From NCBI RefSeq assembly GCF_900232105.1, contig NZ_LT934425.1, positions 840,001 to 872,000 of the forward strand: a stretch of 32,000 nt of DNA, written 5' to 3'. Below are positions 26,434 through 32,000 of this stretch, in pieces. Source of the DNA: Candidatus Kuenenia stuttgartensis. GTDB taxonomy: Bacteria; Planctomycetota; Brocadiia; Brocadiales; Brocadiaceae. Both the position numbers and the translations under genes were made by a program. Below the pieces are notes generated by a model. The model ran no database searches. It was not told where the DNA came from and saw only the letters and a list, made by a program, of their open reading frames with translations. Position 1 is the stretch's first letter; the number at the start of each line of letters is the position of its first letter.

Positions 26434-26507
26434 GTAGGGGCTAAGCATTTGCTGTAAATTGTCATAAATACGTTCATGCTCAAATGGGCAAAACGCTTCA
26501 CCCATAC
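26434..26507. repeat. Palindromic element, copy B (degenerate, opposite orientation to copy A)
   Basis: Shares an exact 27-mer AAGCATTTGCTGTAAATTGTCATAAAT with the reverse complement of 23693-23765 and roughly 80% identity over ~73 bp by hand alignment. Confidence 0.85.
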
Positions 26508-26582
26508 TTTTTCAAAAAAACTAGATCGTTACTCAGGTTTTAATCTTTGAGAAGAATGAATCATGCGGCGGGTAGGCAGGTG

Positions 26583-28220
26583 TTATTTTTTATATGAATC
26601 CAGCAAAGCAACGAGGTCCTTATCTTTTTGCCCTGAGGTTTCGAGGATATTTCTCACCTTCCCGATAAAACTGTAGCCTTCTTCAATTTTATCCCTTAAA
26701 AGTAGTTGTACAACCAGTGTGAAGGTAAGTTTTTCGATGATTTTCCCGGCATCTGGTATGTTTGCGGCAAGCATTTTTTCTTTTAACTCTAATTTTTGGT
26801 AAAGAATATCTACCGAAGGAGTAAGCGTGCCGGTAAAATCATCAAACAGTGCGTTTTCTTTTTGGAGATTCAGCACGTTGGCGGCAGCATCAATTACGGT
26901 AACGGTCATAGGCGCCGGCCCGCAGAGATAAAATGCTATATCAGGGTCAGGGGTAAGGTATTTATTGAGCAGCGGCCCTATAAATCCCTTCTCCCCCTGC
27001 CATTGTTGCTCCTGCTCATCAATGTATCCTTGTTTTTTAGCTAGTTGTTTACCCTCATCGGCAAGACTCAAAAAGCACTTCTTATCTATTTCATTTAACA
27101 TGGCAGGGTCGTCATCGCGAAACGCACCGGAAAGTACAGGAATGAATTTAAAATTGGGGTTTTGCATTTGCCACTTTAACCATTTGGGCAAATACATTAT
27201 TGGAATATCCTGGAGTCGCCTTTCTCCCAGGAAAAATATCGCCTTCTCCTGCCTTCCCTCTATGAACCATTGTTCCAATAACGCCAATATTGGTGCAAGT
27301 CCTGCCCCTCCAGCCACAAATACCGCAGTGTGTGGTTCTGTTTTCAGAGAAAAATGGCCGTAAGGTCCTGTAAAATGTATTTTTTCGCCGAGAAAGAAAT
27401 TCCACAAACTCCGTTCCTGGGTATAGTGATGTACACAACTAGGCCCGATGCATGGGGCGCCACCACTTTCCACCGCCTTTGAAGGATCTACGGGGGCCAA
27501 TCGAACAATAAGCTTTAAAAGGTCTGGTTCGTATGAAGCGAGCGAATAGCCTCTATACATGGCATTCCCCGGTTTATAAGGAATAAATTCTTTCCCCAGA
27601 TTTTCACACGCCTTCTTTATATGAGTTTCGTATTTATTATAATGTTCCTCCACAAAATCTTCCGGAAGCATTAATTGAATATATTGACCGGGTTTATACG
27701 CAATAGGCTTTGAAGGTTTAAGCCATATTTCCATTTTATCGCTGGTGATCAGAATCTTTTTGACTGCCCTGGCTGTGTACTTTTTTACATTGAGGGTATC
27801 TTTTGACAGGTACAAACTAACATCCTTCTCCACCCGCACCTGACATGCCAGACGTTCATAACCATCTCCGATACCATCTTCCAGAAATTTTTTTGCATTT
27901 TCCCGGGAGCGCATATCAAAATGCGGCGTTTCAACGGCCGTATACAAACCGACATCGGTATAAAGTTTCACTTTACACTGACCGCATGTTGCCATCCCTC
28001 CACACGCCGCCGGAATATTAAAGCCATTGTTTTGTAATAATGATAAGAGCCTTTCTCCGCCTTCAATATTAAGCTCTTTCTTAAACTCATCATCACTTAT
28101 AACAGTTAGCTTTTGTTTTGCCCCACGCCCGAAAAACTGGAAGATGATCTCGCACACTAAACTTAGTGCCAATATGAGTACGGCGAGAATACCTGCGCCT
28201 AAAAATAAAGGGGTAAGCAT
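26583..28220 (-). CDS. nqrF: Na+-translocating NADH:quinone reductase subunit F, with C-terminal extension
   Basis: 545 aa; 2Fe-2S motif CGGMATCGQC...LACQ, flavin motif RGYSLAS, HFSLK, GGAGLAPILALLEQW, YLCGPAPM, ENALFDDF. Confidence 0.93.
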   Translation of the reverse strand: MLTPLFLGAGILAVLILALSLVCEIIFQFFGRGAKQKLTVISDDEFKKELNIEGGERLLSLLQNNGFNIPAACGGMATCGQCKVKLYTDVGLYTAVETPHFDMRSRENAKKFLEDGIGDGYERLACQVRVEKDVSLYLSKDTLNVKKYTARAVKKILITSDKMEIWLKPSKPIAYKPGQYIQLMLPEDFVEEHYNKYETHIKKACENLGKEFIPYKPGNAMYRGYSLASYEPDLLKLIVRLAPVDPSKAVESGGAPCIGPSCVHHYTQERSLWNFFLGEKIHFTGPYGHFSLKTEPHTAVFVAGGAGLAPILALLEQWFIEGRQEKAIFFLGERRLQDIPIMYLPKWLKWQMQNPNFKFIPVLSGAFRDDDPAMLNEIDKKCFLSLADEGKQLAKKQGYIDEQEQQWQGEKGFIGPLLNKYLTPDPDIAFYLCGPAPMTVTVIDAAANVLNLQKENALFDDFTGTLTPSVDILYQKLELKEKMLAANIPDAGKIIEKLTFTLVVQLLLRDKIEEGYSFIGKVRNILETSGQKDKDLVALLDSYKK

Positions 28221-28232
28221 GTTTACTCCAAC

Positions 28233-29675
28233 CTAAAAAATACGAATCATTCCAATGCCGGTAAATATAGCGGCCATTATGCCAAGTAAAAGGATTGCTA
28301 TTGTATCTTCATCCCATGCATTTGTTGGCACAAAGAGACGCTGACGTCTCAACAATGCAAGCCAAACAGTAACCATTAGCCAGTGAAGTCCATACCCAAA
28401 CGCAGTAATGGTTGAAACCATAAAAGATGTGCCTGTAGGAATGGTAAATGTTGCACTGGCAAGTACAATACAATTTACGGTAATTAGTTCAAGAAACTGC
28501 CCCATTTGTTCATATGCCGTTCGTGCAAATTTTCTAAGCATCACGCTTAATGTTTGCACAAATACGGCAATGGTTACAATAAATACTGTCAGGTAGAAGA
28601 TTTTCTCCAGCCGTATTGACATGGATGAATATTTTGCTAAAACATCGCTTCCCATTATCAACACCTTATTATATACCACCCAGTTTAAAGCAGTAGAAAG
28701 CGTCATAACGATAATTACGGCAATCCCCATTTTCCATGCCGCATCTATTTGCCGTGATTTATTGAGCAACGGGCATATGCCTAAAAGTTTACTGAGTACT
28801 ATACCATCAAAGAAAAGGGCATTTAATAATATTGGCAAAAAAATAAGAAACTGAGTATGCAATGTCGGGCTGGTACGAATGTGTACAATGATACTTATAA
28901 ACAAACAGATGCCCAGCCCGATGGTAATTAACGATTTTCGGGAAATTTCAAACTTTGAACGCGGGGCAGGAACAGGGCCTTCTTCCGGTGTCTCAACAGC
29001 GGCGCATTCACATGAAGCCGCTTCCTGATAGACAATCCTTGCCTTGAGCAAGAAAGGACGCATCATGAGGCGAAATCCCGCCAATGCGAAAAATCCTCCC
29101 ACGGGAGTTATCATTAACACAACGCGAGGAAACGTTTCCGGAATTACGGAAAAGCCCATAATCGTGCCAAAACCCAGCGGTTCCCGCAGAAAGGCAAGCA
29201 ATATCAGCGCAAAAGCATATCCCATACACGCCTTTAAAATCTTTTTCTGCGCTTCCCAGAATGGCACCGTTAACCCTTCAGAAATTACGGCAAGCACTAT
29301 ACAATTAGTGGTAATAAGGTCGATATATGCCCTGATACTGGCAGCCACCTCCGGCACAAACGCCTGGGCAAAGAATGCAAAAATGGTCACAAACACCGAA
29401 ACAATAATCATTAAAAGCGAAATCTTGTGGTGTGATCCCGCTATGGTTATTAATCTTCGAAATGGATAAATTAAGGAAAAACTCCCCATTGCAACAAACA
29501 ACACACCAAGTCCCATCGTCAGAGAATTTTCGAGTTTATTCGTTACCGCCAAAGCAGAACAAAACCCTAAACCGGCGCCTGCGGTTAAAATAAGATTGTC
29601 TCTCAAGAAAAATTTAGAAGTTTTTCGTATATGTCGCTTTAGTCCTACCATTTCTGTTCTCCGGATTTTCTCCAA
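28233..29675 (-). CDS. nqrDE: Fused NqrD-NqrE (RnfE/RnfA-like) membrane subunits of Na+-NQR
   Basis: 480 aa; N-half GFCSALAVTNKLENSLTMGLGVLFV, TTNCIVLA, LREPLGFGTIMG (NqrD-like); C-half LLGICPLLNKSRQIDAAWKMGIAVIIVMTLSTALNWVVYN, LELITVNCIVLASATF, AFGYGLHWLMV (NqrE-like). Confidence 0.85.
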   Translation of the reverse strand: MEKIRRTEMVGLKRHIRKTSKFFLRDNLILTAGAGLGFCSALAVTNKLENSLTMGLGVLFVAMGSFSLIYPFRRLITIAGSHHKISLLMIIVSVFVTIFAFFAQAFVPEVAASIRAYIDLITTNCIVLAVISEGLTVPFWEAQKKILKACMGYAFALILLAFLREPLGFGTIMGFSVIPETFPRVVLMITPVGGFFALAGFRLMMRPFLLKARIVYQEAASCECAAVETPEEGPVPAPRSKFEISRKSLITIGLGICLFISIIVHIRTSPTLHTQFLIFLPILLNALFFDGIVLSKLLGICPLLNKSRQIDAAWKMGIAVIIVMTLSTALNWVVYNKVLIMGSDVLAKYSSMSIRLEKIFYLTVFIVTIAVFVQTLSVMLRKFARTAYEQMGQFLELITVNCIVLASATFTIPTGTSFMVSTITAFGYGLHWLMVTVWLALLRRQRLFVPTNAWDEDTIAILLLGIMAAIFTGIGMIRIF

Positions 29676-30328
29676 AATTCCTGTACTGCGTCATTGATAA
29701 ACTCCTCAATACCCCTGCTTGTATTGGTAGCACCGGTTATAGCATCAAATTCATTATCACCCGTAGCTTTCCGCTCCTTAACCATCTTGATTTGCGGTTT
29801 TAATTTCATTCCAACAAATTGCTTTTTAAATATATCTTCCGTCATTCTTCCACCAAGTCCAGGAGTCTCGCTGTGATCCAATACTTCTATCCCTTTCAGC
29901 GTTTCCATGTCAGGTTTCAGGCAAATAAACAAAGACATGGCGCTTGATTTATTATATCCATATCCTATCCTTGACCTGATAAACCCTATCCCTTGCAACT
30001 CTCCGTCTTTAATGAATTTATATACCTTCCCCTCTTCTTCGTTTTTTGCCCCGACAGCTTCGGTTTCATCAACGGTTATCGACGTATCAAATACTTCTCT
30101 TATATTATCTTTATCGTACCCTTTGATAGTAAAACCCATGATGGTTTTTTCAGTTGTACGGTATGGAATTCCAAAGATATCAAGAACAGCACGTTTTTCC
30201 TTTATTTCATGATATGCGGCAATTTTCGGTGCTGTATAAAAATATACCAAAAACAATCCGGTACACGGAATAAATGCAATGAAAAGGATCGAGAAAATAC
30301 GGAGTATAAACGTCTTAAATTCTTCCAT
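29645..30328 (-). CDS. nqrC: Na+-NQR subunit C, covalent FMN-binding
   Basis: 227 aa; single N-terminal TM; FMN-binding region GLGGRMTEDIFKKQFVG and flavinylation motif DAITGATNTS. Confidence 0.9.
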   Translation of the reverse strand: MEEFKTFILRIFSILFIAFIPCTGLFLVYFYTAPKIAAYHEIKEKRAVLDIFGIPYRTTEKTIMGFTIKGYDKDNIREVFDTSITVDETEAVGAKNEEEGKVYKFIKDGELQGIGFIRSRIGYGYNKSSAMSLFICLKPDMETLKGIEVLDHSETPGLGGRMTEDIFKKQFVGMKLKPQIKMVKERKATGDNEFDAITGATNTSRGIEEFINDAVQEFWRKSGEQKW

Positions 30329-30403
30329 AAATTATGTTTCGCTAAAACTTTGTGATAGTTAAATTAGTGGCTGTAAACTATTTTGCCGTTATCTTTTGTT
30401 ATT

Positions 30404-31507
30404 TCAGGTGCGGTATCTTATTTTTACCATCAACGATTGAATGGGTATTGCAAGCAAATTCATAAGCAATATAGCATACATTGCTCCTTCAGACAGTGTG
30501 GTATAATTCCTTAGCAACACGGTAATAAATCCACACCCTATGCCATATATCCATTTCGCCTTCTGATTATAGGTTGCTGTAATAGGATCTGTAATCATAT
30601 AAAAAGCACCCAATACTAACCCTCCGCTCAGGAGCTGAAAAATAGGCGGGGCAACATTTTCCTTTGACAGGAGTGAAAACATACCTGAAAAGATAAACAC
30701 GCTGCCAAAATAGGACACCGGCAACCGCCAGTTCGCAACCTTCATTTTTACAAGCCATATACCGGACAGTATAAGTGCTAATCGGCAGGTTTCTCCCAAA
30801 GAGCCATTCGCAGTACCTATGAGCAGGGAAAAATAAGAAGTGATGGTGCCGTCTGTCTTAAACGCGGTAAGCGGGGTAGCGTGGGTAATGGTATCAAGCC
30901 CATACCGCAAGGTATGAAGATCAGGTATACCGACAAAAGGCATCTGGTAGCCTGTCGCCAAAAGTGACGGGAAACATATTGTCAGGAACAATCGGCTAAA
31001 TAGCGCAGGATTCACCAAATTGTACCCAACGCCTCCCAATATATTTCTGAAGATAATGGCCATTGCTGCGCCAAAGCCTATCAGCCAGAGAGGCGCTTGT
31101 GGTGGCAGAATGGCGGGAACGAGCAGGCACGAAACAAACCCTCCCTCACTAATGTGATCTTCCCTGGCAATTATTGCCCATATCACATCAACAACAAACA
31201 CCCCAACAACAAGTGAAACAATCAATTTCGAAATCACACACTGTAACCCGTAAAAATACATCGCAGGAAACACCCATCCCATTGTCAGCGCAATAAGCAC
31301 AGCACCCATAAACTTTTTCGTGTCCGTGTTGTTTCGGATAAAGGGCTGTGTCTGCGCTGTATGTTTGGAGCTGCGCAACAAACCGTCAAACGCTTCAAAA
31401 ACTGCCCCAAAAAGGAAATTGACTGTTTCGTGGGTATGGATAAAGGTCTCTATCCTGTCAAGATTCTTATTAAGTGGCGATTCGAGTTTATTGAGTAATT
31501 TCTTCAT
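30404..31507 (-). CDS. nqrB: Na+-NQR subunit B
   Basis: 367 aa; multi-TM; FGAVFEAFDGLL, FRNILGGVGYNLVNPALFSRLFL, ATPLTAFK flavinylation-like site, FYMITDPITATYNQKAKWIYGI. Confidence 0.9.
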   Translation of the reverse strand: MKKLLNKLESPLNKNLDRIETFIHTHETVNFLFGAVFEAFDGLLRSSKHTAQTQPFIRNNTDTKKFMGAVLIALTMGWVFPAMYFYGLQCVISKLIVSLVVGVFVVDVIWAIIAREDHISEGGFVSCLLVPAILPPQAPLWLIGFGAAMAIIFRNILGGVGYNLVNPALFSRLFLTICFPSLLATGYQMPFVGIPDLHTLRYGLDTITHATPLTAFKTDGTITSYFSLLIGTANGSLGETCRLALILSGIWLVKMKVANWRLPVSYFGSVFIFSGMFSLLSKENVAPPIFQLLSGGLVLGAFYMITDPITATYNQKAKWIYGIGCGFITVLLRNYTTLSEGAMYAILLMNLLAIPIQSLMVKIRYRT

Positions 31508-32000
31508 GCTTTTTGTACATCCGGCGATTTACATTCCTTGATGATCCGCAACAATTCAATTTTCGAAGGGCATGCAAAACTGCACAGACCGCATTCAATA
31601 CATTTTTCTATATCATAACTACGCACCTTCTGTTTTTCTCCTCTGTTGTAGGCCTGGTGGTACAAAGCAGGTTCTAAATTAACAGGGCAAATATCATCAC
31701 AGAAGTTACAATACACGCAGGCTCGCAATTCCCCAAGCAAATTAGTGGTAAAATGCAGCCTATCCGTGTTAATCATAGGAAACATCTCTTTCTTATCCTG
31801 CGCCGCCAGAACAACAATGTCATTTACCGTCCAGCCAATTTTTTGAGCAAAATCGTTAACTTCCATTCCTCTTAACGGACCGTTTATAAACACACGATAA
31901 GGGGCGGTCTCCTTTACCCTGTTTTTTAGTATTTTTTCAAGGGTTGTTCCCAACTGCACCTTGATAAACTCATTTTCCTTAAGACCTGTGCCCGAAAGGG
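31504..32000 (-). CDS. nqrA: Na+-NQR subunit A, C-terminal part, carrying two 4Fe-4S-type cysteine motifs (runs off window)
   Basis: Frame stays open past the annotated GTG at 31959 to the window edge (...LSGTGLKENEFIKVQLGTTLEKIL); NGPLRGMEV; CVYCNFCDDICPV and CIECGLCSFACPS; 4-bp overlap with nqrB. Confidence 0.8.
   Translation of the reverse strand, partial: LSGTGLKENEFIKVQLGTTLEKILKNRVKETAPYRVFINGPLRGMEVNDFAQKIGWTVNDIVVLAAQDKKEMFPMINTDRLHFTTNLLGELRACVYCNFCDDICPVNLEPALYHQAYNRGEKQKVRSYDIEKCIECGLCSFACPSKIELLRIIKECKSPDVQKA

Noticed and set aside
26965-29469. Plus-strand ORFs opposite nqrF and nqrDE (e.g. 26965-27363, 29044-29469)
   Set aside because: Antisense shadows of highly recognisable NQR subunits.
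1-32000. tRNA or rRNA genes
   Set aside because: No cloverleaf-like or rRNA-conserved segments noticed in the intergenic regions; a tRNAscan-SE/barrnap run would be decisive.

Overview
The window looks like an anammox-type planctomycete chromosome (inference from gene content; no rRNA or database support available). Main content: (1) 0.2-2.7 kb, a B12-binding radical SAM enzyme followed by an ATP-grasp enzyme. (2) 2.9-4.0 kb, an MNT nucleotidyltransferase/HEPN toxin-antitoxin pair, with a macro-domain gene truncated by a small GC-rich palindromic repeat. (3) 4.1-22.0 kb, a tightly packed plus-strand operon in which most start and stop codons overlap. It encodes a TPR-like exported protein, a DUF3473-type polysaccharide deacetylase, a small membrane protein, two catalytically intact beta-ketoacyl synthases each followed by a degenerate KS-like partner, two methyltransferases, a PaaK/AMP-ligase-like adenylating enzyme, a SPASM radical SAM enzyme, a B12-binding radical SAM enzyme, a FabG-like reductase, an ACP, a divergent FabZ-like dehydratase, an MMPL/RND lipid exporter, a CrtI-like desaturase/oxidoreductase and a GT2 glycosyltransferase. 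It resembles aryl-polyene-type type II systems and the kind of cluster proposed for ladderane lipid synthesis in anammox bacteria. (4) 22.5-26.3 kb, a vWA-OmpA lipoprotein, a DUF523/DUF1722 protein, a small zinc-ribbon membrane protein and MurB. (5) 26.6-32.0 kb, a minus-strand Na+-NQR operon with unusual architecture: NqrA tail with two 4Fe-4S motifs, NqrD-NqrE fusion, and C-terminally extended NqrF. Short dispersed repeats are also present.
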